Assembly: GCA_965248575.1 (NCBI GenBank)
Contig: CBDFJQ010000002.1
Location: forward strand, 2,400,001 to 2,464,000
Direction: 5' to 3'
DNA length: 64,000 nt
Source of the DNA: Planctomycetota bacterium
GTDB taxonomy: Bacteria; Planctomycetota; B15-G4
Both the position numbers and the translations under genes were made by a program. The notes below the pieces were generated by a model, which was given only the letters and a program-made list of their open reading frames with translations, had not been told where the DNA came from and did not search any database. Position 1 is the first letter of the stretch. Each line of letters begins with the position of its first letter. Below are positions 10,101-19,838 of the stretch, one piece after another.

Positions 10101-10687
10101 ACGATCTCGAGCAAGCGCTTCGCTCGGCCGCTGCGCTGCAACTCGAATTCGACGTTCGCTGCCGCCAGGAACCACTGCAAAGACGTGCTGCGTTTCTGCG
10201 GGTCTCCGTCGGCAGTGCTGCGGGACTGGTGCCCATAGGCCGCATAGAGCTCAGCCTCTGCACGCCTCGCGGTGCGGCCCGTGGGCAAGGGGACCTCGCC
10301 GTGCTGGATGTCGAGTCGATACGTGCCGCCCAAGGCGTTCTCGGATTGGACGCGCACGTCGAAGCGCTCCCCGGCCTCCACCTGCACGACTCGTCGGGCG
10401 TTGAACATGAGCCCCGAGTCCGTGTCCCCCAACACGGCGCTGCCGTCTGCATCCAGGATGTCGAAGCTTGGATTGAAGTCGAAACTCTCCAGGCTGAGCG
10501 TCACCAAGCCCGCATGCACGGCCCGCACGCGATGGACGCGTGATGCTCCCAGCGCTAACTCGGCATCCAACAGGACGGGCAAGGGCAGGACTTCCTGCTC
10601 CTGGTCAAGGTCCTGAGTCGCGCCGAGCAGCGCGGGAGCCCCCAGCGTCCAACACATCAGCACGGCAACTGCGAAGCGACTCAGCAT
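7163..10687 (-). CDS. Secreted TPR-CHAT caspase-like cysteine protease (signal peptide, PPC-like domain, TPR array, coiled coil, CHAT)
   Basis: Signal peptide MLSRFAVAVLMCWTLGAPALLGA. PPC-like 'VTLSLESFDFNPSFDILDADG...DTDSG...GTYRLDI'. TPR helices. CHAT motifs 'LIIVPVGALTSLPFEAL', 'HLAAHG' (His codon 7691-7693), 'VLSACNS' (Cys codon 7556-7558), 'GEGVQSLTRAFLYAGSRAVVASLWTVND' and 'HPYLWAPF'. Confidence 0.93.
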   Translation of the reverse strand: MLSRFAVAVLMCWTLGAPALLGATQDLDQEQEVLPLPVLLDAELALGASRVHRVRAVHAGLVTLSLESFDFNPSFDILDADGSAVLGDTDSGLMFNARRVVQVEAGERFDVRVQSENALGGTYRLDIQHGEVPLPTGRTARRAEAELYAAYGHQSRSTADGDPQKRSTSLQWFLAAANVEFELQRSGRAKRLLEIVIPLADELGDQGSGVLGRLLLGGANYRLGHGQAAVELLEPLLPVVAGNPELESFARGYLGSAYASVGRSAEGRELLHELLQFSTDQGHQLNAASAHRRLGLLERAAGQIARGREHLEQSVELWRLGADVSGEAGVLLDLASLQEAAGKQSEAMDACRAVLLMDVSKDVLVRARSVLAEILFKSGRPVEARTEFRAALNDALAAGLTRAQQNIQLQLAVIAVRLKDVAVALELLDAILAGDSSPEYRAAALLEQGLLMGKVGDMERATDNVGQSIAIFHEQEDVGNELRALSNRGFLLAEAGRFDEARKDAQQALALIADDVTMLPTGLHNAGYVELLAGEYTRAHALGERAVAASRHVGDERLLILALGLVADASLGLGKLAQAERALGEASTLVDWGGGIGERTAVQRQTSGWLAESTQELTALRLESASEPGERAEILRLGFLDAGRWKGRQLLEGIVQLRLGLRTAESEALRLRLNEARADREAVLEALSDSFGSFENPEQIRDLRQRVGELGKRVKQLEQQWRMEAPRDAALEIPVGSDPDEVASVVLKPTDLLVEFVQGDKAIYAYVVSKAGARFLELGDRSTLEAGISSFIEAISDPTLSGGADRIATLGQPLYESLLEPALQAAELDGRDAASGPELSVRRLIIVPVGALTSLPFEALVMERPTLAPKSFEELRFVLDDYEVVYGPSSAILVELASRSGRVGGEAKSGEVLLLADPDYGGATDVSGQAVQRLLGTRSEARAILGTLDSTTDWEALFEGERSFSKRGAGVELHVGSEAHAGRLSGDLRRFDVIHLAAHGRVDRNDVRRTALVLAADPSGGHELPVGDVLSLLLDARLTVLSACNSARGVEQRGEGVQSLTRAFLYAGSRAVVASLWTVNDIETARMMAGLYDQMAEGVATARALRLAKLALRRGRLRVAGSTVRGGSLTRPAPIEEGDTVERGGSLGNPLHPTDATTGHPYLWAPFIHVGLPD

Positions 10688-10769
10688 GCAGGGGATCTTA
10701 CTGCTTCACCCCTCTTCAGCCTTGTTCATCCCCAGGCGGACAGACCGGTCCCACTAGGGGAATGCCGGC

Positions 10770-13265
10770 TCAGCGGGCGAGGCGACGCAACTTCGTGATG
10801 CGCCCGTGACGGTTCCAGTCCATCACATAGAGGTTCCCCGCTGCGTCCCAGACGGCCGAGTGCGGGGCGAGGAATTCGCCGTTCTTCCAGTCGCCCCGCG
10901 GGACTCCGTTGTTCGCCCGGCGCCCGACGTCCGGGTTGTCACCCAACTGGGTCACCAGCTCGTTCTTCCCGTTGAGAATCGTCACGCGCCCTGCCAAGTC
11001 CGGAATCACCAGGAACTCCCCCTGCTGTTGGATCTTGCAAGGCCGGCGCAACATGCCCTCGATGAGGCCGAGCCACTGACCCTCCAGGCCGAATCGCTGC
11101 AGGCGGCTGTTCTCGCGGTCGGCCACGATCAACTCGGGTACCGAAGCCCGGGTGTCCACCCACACGCCGTGCGGGGTGCGGAAGCTCCCAGGGTCCGTGC
11201 CATGCCCACCAAGGGAGCGAACCCAGCGACGCTCGGCGTCGTACTGGTGCACCCAATTCTGCCCGTACCCATCGGCCACGAAGAACCCGCCATCCGGCGC
11301 CACGGCAATGCTGGTCGGCCGGAACTGATCCGCGCTCTCGTACTTGCCGGACTCCATCGGCGGGCCCATGCGCCAGAGGATCTCCCCTGCCAACGTCGCC
11401 TTCACGAACTCATGCCGCCCGAAATGGACGAAGTAGAGGAACTCCTCCCCCTGCTCCTCCACCAGCTGCATGCCGTGCAGCCCCTCGGCAAACTCCTCGC
11501 CCCAAGAACGAACGAAACTCCCGGAGCTGTCGAACTCCATGATGGCGTCCGTCGTGTCGGTGTTGAGGTGCAGGTGCCCTCGCCGATCCACCACGATCTC
11601 GCCGTGGGTGTTGCCGAGTTCGTCTCGCCCGTCCGGCAGCTCCAGCCAATCGGGTACCCATTCGTAGCTGTGGGCACCCATTCCCAGCCGGGGCCCCGCG
11701 AGGGTCAGCGGATAAGCCGACGGGTCCTCCGCGAAGGTGTCGGGGCAGCTACCGCAACAGAAGCCAACCACCGCCCCCTCGTGCTCCGCCGTGAACCTGG
11801 GATCGACCTCGCGGCCGGTCACGGGGCATTGTGAATTCACGGGCGGCGCCGGCGTCTGGAGTTTCAGCTCCGGCTCGATCTCCAGCGCCTCCGCGAAAAG
11901 GTCACTCCCATCCTCGACGACACAAGCCGGGTGAAACTCACGCAGCCGCGCCACCTGCTCGGCGCTCAGCCCCGTGCCCCACACCGACAGGCGCATCAGC
12001 GCTGGAAACTTGCTGAGGGCGTGCACGGCCTGCTCATCCAAGGACGTGCCCGTGAGGTTCAAACTGCCCAGGTGTGCGCTGTGCTCGAGACTCCGCAAAC
12101 CCTGGGATGTCACGGCGGTGCCGGAGAGATCGAGGTCTTGCAGGGAGGGCAAGGACGCGATCGAGACGAGAGCTGCGTCGCTCACCTGCGTCCGCGCCAA
12201 GCAGAGGGAATCCACCCACGGCCCGAGCGTCGCCACCAACTCCGCCACGGCGGCATCGTCCGTCTCAGATCGGGGGGCGAAGTCCACCCGCAACAGACCC
12301 CGCTCGGGGTCCGAGACTTCGACGTGCACCTGTTGCGCCCGCAGGCTCGCGATGTGCTCCAGGAGTTCCAAGTTCTCGGACACATCGGACTGGTTCACCG
12401 GCTCCGCTCGAGCCTCCGATGCTGTTGCCTCACCCGACGTCCGTGCACCATCAAGCGCTGCCGCATGCTCCGGCATCGCTGCCAAAGCGCTCTCAGGCCC
12501 GGAGGGGAGCCCCGCTACGACCCAGCGCGCGATGGCCTCCAGCTGCTCGACCGTCGGCTGGGGTTTGGACGCCGGCGGCATGTGGTCGTCATGCTCCAAG
12601 GGCAAGCGCAGGCGTTGGAGGAGCGGACTGTTCTGGGCGTCCAGGAGGTCCAGCACCGGGCCGCTGTCCCCGCCCCGCCGAATACCCTCCGCTGCATGCA
12701 GGGTCAGACCGCCACGCTGGCGCCCCTCGCCGTGGCACTTGCCGCAATACTGGATCAGCAGTGGCTGTGCGCTGGGGATCTCCTGCTGAGCCCCCGACAG
12801 GGATGGGGACACGGCAGGGCTTGCTTCGGCCCGGAGCGGTTCGAGCAGGAAGCCTTCTCCGTGGGTCAACGAACCGCCGTGATGCCCGGTGGACAACAAC
12901 AGGATGAATGCCACCACGAGCGCGCCCACGTACAGCTTTCGCAGGGAGCGCCAGGCCGCGAACGCCATGACCAGCGTCACACCCGCGGTCCACAGACCCA
13001 ATTGGCGATGGTCGTCCACCAACTCCCCGCTGTAGTCGCCCTCTTCACCCAGGAACCAGCCACTGGAGGCGGCCATCCCACAGGCCAAGAGCGCCAGACC
13101 GGCGAGCACCTTGCGCGTGGAAGCCTCGAGCGGGCGGCCCAACATTTTCGCGATGATCTCGAGCACAGCGAGGGCCAGGAGCAAGCCAAAGGGTAGGTGC
13201 AGCAGCACGGGGTGCGCGCGGCCAAAGATCTGGAGGAGCACAGGCCACGACTCGCCAGTACTCAA
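10770..13265 (-). CDS. Fusion protein: DUF2231-like membrane domain + planctomycete cytochrome c + LRR + YHS-like + NHL beta-propeller
   Basis: 'GRAHPVLLHLPFG', 'TGHHGGSLTHGEGFL', CxxCH 'CGKCHG', 'HMPP', LRRs 'LQDLDLSGTAVT', YHS-like 'NSQCPVTG...VGFCCGSC', NHL 'PTSIAVAPDGGFFVADGYG', 'PHGVWVD', 'VADRENSRLQ'. TTG start overlaps the upstream TGA. Confidence 0.85.
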   Translation of the reverse strand: MSTGESWPVLLQIFGRAHPVLLHLPFGLLLALAVLEIIAKMLGRPLEASTRKVLAGLALLACGMAASSGWFLGEEGDYSGELVDDHRQLGLWTAGVTLVMAFAAWRSLRKLYVGALVVAFILLLSTGHHGGSLTHGEGFLLEPLRAEASPAVSPSLSGAQQEIPSAQPLLIQYCGKCHGEGRQRGGLTLHAAEGIRRGGDSGPVLDLLDAQNSPLLQRLRLPLEHDDHMPPASKPQPTVEQLEAIARWVVAGLPSGPESALAAMPEHAAALDGARTSGEATASEARAEPVNQSDVSENLELLEHIASLRAQQVHVEVSDPERGLLRVDFAPRSETDDAAVAELVATLGPWVDSLCLARTQVSDAALVSIASLPSLQDLDLSGTAVTSQGLRSLEHSAHLGSLNLTGTSLDEQAVHALSKFPALMRLSVWGTGLSAEQVARLREFHPACVVEDGSDLFAEALEIEPELKLQTPAPPVNSQCPVTGREVDPRFTAEHEGAVVGFCCGSCPDTFAEDPSAYPLTLAGPRLGMGAHSYEWVPDWLELPDGRDELGNTHGEIVVDRRGHLHLNTDTTDAIMEFDSSGSFVRSWGEEFAEGLHGMQLVEEQGEEFLYFVHFGRHEFVKATLAGEILWRMGPPMESGKYESADQFRPTSIAVAPDGGFFVADGYGQNWVHQYDAERRWVRSLGGHGTDPGSFRTPHGVWVDTRASVPELIVADRENSRLQRFGLEGQWLGLIEGMLRRPCKIQQQGEFLVIPDLAGRVTILNGKNELVTQLGDNPDVGRRANNGVPRGDWKNGEFLAPHSAVWDAAGNLYVMDWNRHGRITKLRRLAR

Positions 13266-14722
13266 TCGATCAACTCCCGGCGCACGTTGCCGAATACATC
13301 GGTCAAGCGATGGTCCCGACCTTCATGGCGATAGCTGAGGCGCTCGTGATCGAAGCCGAGCAGGTGCAGCATGGTGGCGTGCAGATCGTGCACATCCACG
13401 GGATCCTTGGTGATGTTGTAGGAGTAGTCGTCCGTTTCCCCGTACACGATGCCCGGCTTCACGCCACCCCCCGCCATCCACAAGCTGAAGCAACGCGGGT
13501 GATGGTCGCGGCCGTAGTTCTCCTCGGTCAAGGCGCCCTGGCTGTACACCGTGCGACCAAACTCCCCGCCCCAGATCACCAAGGTATCGTCCAAGAGGCC
13601 ACGGCGTTTGAGGTCCGCCAGCAGCGCTGCTTGGGGTTGGTCCACCGCTGCGCACTGGTCGCGGATCTCCTTCGGCAGGTTGTTGTGTGCGTCCCATCCG
13701 CGCATGTAGAGCTGGATGAAGCGGACGCCACGCTCAGCAAGTCGCCTGGCCAGCAGGCAGTTGGCTGCGAAGCTCCCGGGCACGTGCACCTGGTCTCCGT
13801 AAAGCTCCAGGGTCTCCGTCGACTCGTCGGAGAAGTCCACCAGCTCCGGCACGGACATCTGCATGCGATAGGCCATCTCGGCCTGGGCGATGCGCGCACG
13901 GACCTCCACGTCGAGGCTGCGGTTCATCTCCCGCTCGTTCATTTCGCCGACGAGGTCCAGCATGCGCCTGCGGTCCTTGCGGCTGACGCCTGGCGGATCC
14001 TCCAGGTACAGCACGGGATCCCCAGAACTGCGCAGCCGACACCCTTGGTGCTCGCCCGGCAGGAAGCCACTGCCCCAGAAGCGGGATGACAGGGCCTGCA
14101 TGTTTCCAAAACCCTGGCTGATGAGCACCACGAAGGCAGGCAGGTTCTCGTTGCTGCTGCCCAGCCCGTAACTGGCCCAGCTCCCAAAGGACGGGCGCCC
14201 CGGTTGTTGGTGGCCCGTCTGGAAGAAGGTGATGCCCGGTTCGTGGTTGATGGCCTCGGTGTGCATCGAGCGAACGATGCAGAGCTCGCGGCTGAGTCCC
14301 GCCGTGTGCGGCAGCAGCTCGCTGATCCAGGCCCCGTCCTGGGCGTTGGGATAGCGGCTGAAGCGGAACACCGAGGGCGCGACTGGAAACCGGCTCTGGT
14401 CACTCGTCATGCCGGTCAAGCGCTGCCCGCCGCGAATGGAATCCGGTAGCTCCTGGTCGAAACGAGCGCGCAACTGGGGCTTGTAGTCGAACAGATCGAT
14501 CTGACTCGGCGCCCCTTCCATGTGCATGTAGATCACCCGGCGGGCGCGGGGCCTGTGATGCACACGCGCTGGCCCACCGGACCCGGGCGGCACGAACAGG
14601 TTCGAGCCCCCGAACAAGGTCGAGAGAGCCACGCCCCCCAACGCACCACCGAGACCGCGCGCCGCCTGCTCAAAGAAGCGTCGGCGGGTCAGGTCGAGAC
14701 AACGTTCTTCTCGAGGGTCCAT
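13262..14722 (-). CDS. DUF1501 domain protein (Tat-type N-terminus)
   Basis: 'LTRRRFF', 'RVIYMHMEGAPSQIDLFDYKP', 'GWDAH', 'WGGEFGRT', 'GRDHHP', 'HDLHAT'. Start ATG 14722 lies just after the upstream stop at 14728. Confidence 0.92.
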   Translation of the reverse strand: MDPREERCLDLTRRRFFEQAARGLGGALGGVALSTLFGGSNLFVPPGSGGPARVHHRPRARRVIYMHMEGAPSQIDLFDYKPQLRARFDQELPDSIRGGQRLTGMTSDQSRFPVAPSVFRFSRYPNAQDGAWISELLPHTAGLSRELCIVRSMHTEAINHEPGITFFQTGHQQPGRPSFGSWASYGLGSSNENLPAFVVLISQGFGNMQALSSRFWGSGFLPGEHQGCRLRSSGDPVLYLEDPPGVSRKDRRRMLDLVGEMNEREMNRSLDVEVRARIAQAEMAYRMQMSVPELVDFSDESTETLELYGDQVHVPGSFAANCLLARRLAERGVRFIQLYMRGWDAHNNLPKEIRDQCAAVDQPQAALLADLKRRGLLDDTLVIWGGEFGRTVYSQGALTEENYGRDHHPRCFSLWMAGGGVKPGIVYGETDDYSYNITKDPVDVHDLHATMLHLLGFDHERLSYRHEGRDHRLTDVFGNVRRELID

Positions 14723-14727
14723 GGAGC

Positions 14728-17700
14728 TCAGTCCTGGGTCAGGGTCTCGTGAAGGTTCAGCACGGCGTTGGACAGGAGCGTCCAAGCCGCCAACTCCGAA
14801 GCCACATGCTCGGAGGACCGGGGCGCCTCACCCACGTTCAGCAGGGACTCGGCGGCGGCAACGTCCAGGCCGAAGCGTTGGCGGTAGCTCCCCAGCCCTT
14901 CCAGCAGGAGCGCTTGCTCGCCTGCGTCCGGCCGGCGCCCGGTGCACGTGCGCATCAGCCAAACCACTCGATCCGCATCGGCGCTGGCGTCCGAATCGAG
15001 CACCCGTTCGGCGAGCTTGCGCGCTGCCTCGACGAATTGCTCATCGTTCCAGAGCACCAGGGCCTGCAGGGGCGTGTTGGTGGCGCGACGCTGCACGACG
15101 CATGATTCCCGGGTGGGCGCATCCAAGGTCAGCAGGGACGGCGGCGGCACCGCGCGCTTCCAATAGGTGTAGAGGCTGCGGCGCCAGAGAGCCTCTCCCT
15201 CATCACGGGCGAACTCCCGCGTGTTGGAGGCCAGCATGGCCACCTCCTTCCAAAGACCCTCCGGCTGGTAGGGCTTGACCGAGGGGCCGCCCAGGCGTTC
15301 CACGAGCAGGCCCGAGGTCCACAAGGCCACGTCGCGAATCTGCTCCGCGGACAGCCGCCTGCGGGGGTAGCGGGCCAGCAAGCGGTTGGCGGGGTCGCGA
15401 GCGGCCAGGTCTTCGCGCACCATCGACGCCTGGCGGTAGGTCGCGCTCAGGACGATGCGTCGCAGCAGCGCCCGCACGTCCCAGCCGGAGTCCCGGAACT
15501 CGACGGACAACTGGTCCAGCAACTCCGGGTGCGAGGGCCATGCGCCTTGCATGCCGAAGTCATCCCCGGTACGCACCAGGCCCTCACCAAACATCAACGC
15601 CCAGAAGCGGTTGACCGCGACCCGCGCAAACAGCGGATGCTCGGGCGAGACGAGCCACTCCGCCAGGCCGCGCCGATCCGCGGGGGCGCCGTCGGGCAAA
15701 GGCGGAAGGAAGGAGGGCGTCCCGCGGGACACGGGGCGTGACATGTCCGGTTGATCGTATTGGCCACGCATGAGCACATAGGTCTCGCGCGCCTCACCCA
15801 GCTCGGACATGACCATGGTCCGGGGCACCTCATCTTGCAGCCCGTCGTGATCAGCCTGGGCCGCGCTGCGCGCATCATCCAACTCGCGGTAGCTGTCAAA
15901 GCGTTGACGACGCCACGCCGCCCGGAACTGTCCGACCTGCTCGGCCGTGACCGCGGTCTCGGGCAAGAGGGCAGAACCCAACTCACCCACCAGCTCGTTC
16001 TCCTGCCACAAGCTTTGCCAGGCGAAGGCACCCGGACCGCCGGTGTTCACCACCTTCAGGACAAGCATGTTCCGCCCCGGGTGGAGCGACAAGGTCAATC
16101 GGTCCTGATCCAGGGCCGCACCGCGGTCGACACGATTCTCGAAGACCTGTTCCCCGTCGTGGAACACCTGCAGGCCGTCGTCACTACCCAGCGCCACCTC
16201 GAGAGTACGGGCATCGGGCGCCCACAATTCGCGCCCAACAAAGGTCGCTCCCACCGCGTCCCCGAGCATTGAGACGCTGCCATCCGCCAGGGCGCCATCG
16301 AACGTCCAAGCCCGTTGCGCGTCGCCAAAGCGTGCGTCGATGTCCAGGCTCGTGCTTTGCTCTGGCCCGTACGCTGCTTCATAGGCCACCTCCCGCACAT
16401 CCCCCGCGTCCACCTCGAAGGGCCCGGCGCGCCACCAACGTCCGCTGGCGGGGCCAAATGACCCCGTGTCCGAGACGGGCGAGACCCGCAAGCGGATGCG
16501 ACCCAGCGAGTGAGCGGTGTACGGCGACCTGAACGCCAGGCGCACCCGCAACTCGCATCCGCCCTGCTCACCGAAGGGCTCTTCACTCAACAACAAGAGC
16601 GTGCGCGGTCCGGCGTTCTGGTTGCCGTCCACTGCCCAACCCAGGTCATCCCGCCCGTCGAGAACATGGGTGGCCTCGTGGTCGTAGTTGGTCTGCGTGT
16701 GATCGGACCAGGCCCAGATCAGGGGCACCTCTTGCCAGGCGTCGCCCGCTGTTGAGCGCGTCTCGAGGCTCAACCGAGTGAGGACGGCGTTGCCGTGGCT
16801 TGCCCTACCTGCACCCGCCTGGCCTGGGACTGAGAGTGCTTCCAGAAGCAGGGCCCGAAGGCCTGCCTGCTTCGTCGCCAGCAGCACCTCGTAGTCTTCC
16901 TGCAGGGGGATCGGTCCCTCCGCCAGCAACGCACCGTCCTCCTGCAACCGGAGCGTGACCGAATCGTCTGAGGACTCGGCCTTCAAGACCTTCGGGATCG
17001 TCCAGGACAGGCCCGCGTCGAGCGCCACCTCTCTCAGGAAACTCGCCTGCTCCACCGCTTCCCCAGGGATGGGTTCTTCCAGCTGCTGGCTGAGCCTCTC
17101 GATGGCTTCGCTCAGCTCATCCAAGTGCTCACGCTGTTCGTCGGTCGGCACCGAAAGAAAGGGCTCATAGGCGCGCTGTGCATCGGGCGTCTGTGAGAAC
17201 AAGCCCGGCTCGTCGTTGCTGTTGAAGTACGCCAGCAGCGAGTAGTAGTCCTCCTGGGTGATCGGGTCGAACTTGTGGTCGTGGCAGCGCGCACACCCGG
17301 ACGTCAGCCCGAGGAAGACGGAACTCACGGTGTTCACGCGATCGACGGCGTACTCCACGAGATACTCGTCGGGAATGGCACCGCCCTCGTCAGTGAGCAC
17401 ATGATTGCGGTTGAAACCACTCGCCACCCGCTGCTGGTCGGTCGCATCCGGCAACAGGTCGCCGGCCAACTGTTCGGTGACGAACTGGTCGTAGGGCATG
17501 TTGTCGCGGAAGGCGTTCAACACCCAATCGCGCCACAACCACATCTGACGTCCGTTGTCGGTGTGGATTCCGATCGTGTCGGCAAAGCGAGCGGCGTCCA
17601 ACCAGGGCACCGTCAAATGTTCCGCCACCCGGGACCGCCAGGGCTCTTCATGGAGCAGGCGATCCACCAAGGCGACATACGCTTGCTCGGAGACGCCCTC

Positions 17701-18465
17701 CGTCCCCTCAGCCCCGCCCCGTTCCCCGCCCGGGCCTTCGGCGCACGACGCCAAGAAGTCGTCCAAGGCTTCGACACTCGGAGGAAGGCCTGTGAGGTCG
17801 AGATAGACGCGTCGCGCGAGTGTTGCTGCGTCAGCTGGGACGGACGGCTGCACGCCCGCAGCCTCCAAGCCCGCCAGCACCCAGCGGTCGATGGCTGCTC
17901 GAGACCAGCCCTCGACCCGTTTCTCATCGGAGGACGCAGGAGCTGCGGCGAACTCTGGAGCGTCGTGCGTCACGGGCGCCACGAAGGCCCAGTGCTCTTC
18001 GTAGGCCGCACCCTGGTCGATCCACGCCCGCAGTAGCTGCTTGTCCGTGTCGGTCAGCGGCCTCTTTTTGGCGTGTGCGGGGGGCATGCGATCGTCCGGG
18101 TCTGCGTTGCTGATCCGTCGCCAGAGCTCACTGGCCTCGGGATCGCCAGGCACCACGGCGGCATAGCCACCGAGGTCCGCTGTGGCGCCACCCTCGAGGT
18201 CCAAGCGCAGGCCCGCTTCACGCGAGCTCGGGTCCGCTCCATGGCACTGGAAGCAACGGTCGGAGAGCAGCGGACGCACGTCCCGGCTGTAGCGCACGGG
18301 TGCCGCAGCGGGGACCGCGCGGGGTTCGGGATCGCCACTCAGCTCCGAGGCGGTCAGGGCCACGACAGGCAGCGCGCCAAGGCTTGTGCTCAAGCTCAAG
18401 AAAATGAGCGCGAGCAACGAACTCGATCGCCCGCTGGAAACACCGGACAGTCGACGGCAGGCCAT
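14728..18465 (-). CDS. PSD1 (DUF1553) / PSCyt2 (DUF1549) planctomycete cytochrome c domain protein
   Basis: '[14 protein letters not shown]', 'HWAFVAP', '[12 protein letters not shown]', 'WLDAARFAD', '[13 protein letters not shown]', 'PSHPELLD', '[10 protein letters not shown]', 'TNTPLQAL'. Start uncertain; ATG 18465 precedes a hydrophobic signal-like stretch. Confidence 0.93.
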   Translation of the reverse strand: MACRRLSGVSSGRSSSLLALIFLSLSTSLGALPVVALTASELSGDPEPRAVPAAAPVRYSRDVRPLLSDRCFQCHGADPSSREAGLRLDLEGGATADLGGYAAVVPGDPEASELWRRISNADPDDRMPPAHAKKRPLTDTDKQLLRAWIDQGAAYEEHWAFVAPVTHDAPEFAAAPASSDEKRVEGWSRAAIDRWVLAGLEAAGVQPSVPADAATLARRVYLDLTGLPPSVEALDDFLASCAEGPGGERGGAEGTEGVSEQAYVALVDRLLHEEPWRSRVAEHLTVPWLDAARFADTIGIHTDNGRQMWLWRDWVLNAFRDNMPYDQFVTEQLAGDLLPDATDQQRVASGFNRNHVLTDEGGAIPDEYLVEYAVDRVNTVSSVFLGLTSGCARCHDHKFDPITQEDYYSLLAYFNSNDEPGLFSQTPDAQRAYEPFLSVPTDEQREHLDELSEAIERLSQQLEEPIPGEAVEQASFLREVALDAGLSWTIPKVLKAESSDDSVTLRLQEDGALLAEGPIPLQEDYEVLLATKQAGLRALLLEALSVPGQAGAGRASHGNAVLTRLSLETRSTAGDAWQEVPLIWAWSDHTQTNYDHEATHVLDGRDDLGWAVDGNQNAGPRTLLLLSEEPFGEQGGCELRVRLAFRSPYTAHSLGRIRLRVSPVSDTGSFGPASGRWWRAGPFEVDAGDVREVAYEAAYGPEQSTSLDIDARFGDAQRAWTFDGALADGSVSMLGDAVGATFVGRELWAPDARTLEVALGSDDGLQVFHDGEQVFENRVDRGAALDQDRLTLSLHPGRNMLVLKVVNTGGPGAFAWQSLWQENELVGELGSALLPETAVTAEQVGQFRAAWRRQRFDSYRELDDARSAAQADHDGLQDEVPRTMVMSELGEARETYVLMRGQYDQPDMSRPVSRGTPSFLPPLPDGAPADRRGLAEWLVSPEHPLFARVAVNRFWALMFGEGLVRTGDDFGMQGAWPSHPELLDQLSVEFRDSGWDVRALLRRIVLSATYRQASMVREDLAARDPANRLLARYPRRRLSAEQIRDVALWTSGLLVERLGGPSVKPYQPEGLWKEVAMLASNTREFARDEGEALWRRSLYTYWKRAVPPPSLLTLDAPTRESCVVQRRATNTPLQALVLWNDEQFVEAARKLAERVLDSDASADADRVVWLMRTCTGRRPDAGEQALLLEGLGSYRQRFGLDVAAAESLLNVGEAPRSSEHVASELAAWTLLSNAVLNLHETLTQD

Positions 18466-18596
18466 GCGATCAGACACGCGCGAGCTCAGGAAGGAGAGAG
18501 GACCCGAGCAACCCCATGAGGATTCGCCGCAAGTGCTCCGTGACCCGCGCGACAGGATACCGGGGATACCCAAGCACCGCACGAAACAGAAAGCCC

Positions 18597-19838
18597 TCAG
18601 CCCTGCGATTCTGCCCGTTGCCTGATCATCGCAACGAGCCGCCCCACCGCAGCCTGCACGAAGTCGGGATGCTCCGCGTGTTCGCCTCGCTCGACCACCT
18701 CAACCGCCGCGGGTAGAGCCTCCCGAATCGCCCCGAAGAAGGCCGCATCGCCCTCGGGGTCGTGCAGGGCCTCACCGCGCTTGCTGTAGCGGGAGACGCC
18801 GCCTGCTGGCAGGAAGAAAATCGCGGAATCACCCGCCTGGGCAAGACGCTGGCCGATCTCCCGCCCCACTCGCTCCAACTGCTGAGCGTCCAACCGTGGT
18901 GCCAGGATGACCGGATTGTGGAAGACGTGCAGGTGGTCGGCCCAGGCCTCGGGCACCGTGTCGGGAGGATTGACGAAGAGTCCGATGTGCTCCGCACCGC
19001 CGGGGCAGAGGACCTGCGGGAGGCCGAGCGAGCTGGCCACAGTCAGGCGCTCCGGCGTCCCGGCACGCAGCCCGTCAAAGAGTTCGTCGGAGATCTCACC
19101 CAGGGCGTAGTCGAACACGGCCTGGATCACGCCTTCCTTCATGAGTTGTTCCATGGCGCGCCCGCCCGAACCCACGGCATGGAACACCAACACCTCGCAG
19201 CCTGCCTCTTCCAGCAGGCGCACTGCCAACTCGGCCCCCTCGGTCAGCACGCCCAGATTGGTCAGGCCCACGACGGGCTTGCCGCACTCGCCCGCCTGGA
19301 GCCCCACACCCTGCTTGGCCATGCCGCAAGCAGCACCCGCTGCGTTGGAGAGGATGGCGCGGGTCAGCGGGTTGAGCCCGAGCAGATCGCCGACGGAGAA
19401 CATCATGGTGATGTCCTTGATGTCCACGAAGGCCGAGACATCGCCGGACGCCACGGTCGACACCATGAGCTTGGGAAGACCGTACGGGAGCGATCGCATG
19501 ATGGCCGTGGCGTTGCTTGTTCCCTGCGTGCCGCCCAGCCCGATGACTCCGTGCAGGCCGCCCTTGTCCAACCGATCCTTCAGGATCTGCGTCGCTCCCG
19601 CGATCATCACGGGAGAGGCGGTTTGCCGGTCGGGCGCCCGCAGGAGATCTGGCAAGGGCGTGCCGCCACGTTGCGCTACCTCAGCGTGGGTGACATCCGG
19701 ATCGGTGCGGGGCTCGCCCACCACGCCCAGGTCCACGAGCAGCGCGCTGCAGCCGGCTGCTTCGATGCGCTCACGGAGATAAGCAGCCTCGGCGCCTTTT
19801 GTGTCCAAGGTGGCCAGGACGGCAATCACCGTGCTCAA
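18597..19838 (-). CDS. Tm-1-like ATP-binding domain protein (UPF0261)
   Basis: 'IAVLATLDTKGAEA', 'IGLGGTQGT', 'LPYGLPKLMVST', 'VFHAVGSGGRAME'. TTG start at 19838 overlaps the upstream TGA. Confidence 0.9.
   Translation of the reverse strand: MSTVIAVLATLDTKGAEAAYLRERIEAAGCSALLVDLGVVGEPRTDPDVTHAEVAQRGGTPLPDLLRAPDRQTASPVMIAGATQILKDRLDKGGLHGVIGLGGTQGTSNATAIMRSLPYGLPKLMVSTVASGDVSAFVDIKDITMMFSVGDLLGLNPLTRAILSNAAGAACGMAKQGVGLQAGECGKPVVGLTNLGVLTEGAELAVRLLEEAGCEVLVFHAVGSGGRAMEQLMKEGVIQAVFDYALGEISDELFDGLRAGTPERLTVASSLGLPQVLCPGGAEHIGLFVNPPDTVPEAWADHLHVFHNPVILAPRLDAQQLERVGREIGQRLAQAGDSAIFFLPAGGVSRYSKRGEALHDPEGDAAFFGAIREALPAAVEVVERGEHAEHPDFVQAAVGRLVAMIRQRAESQG

Noticed and set aside
7163..10687. TPR-CHAT as a type III-E CRISPR (Craspase/Csx29) component
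   Set aside because: No cas genes or repeat-spacer array in the window, and the protein has a signal peptide.
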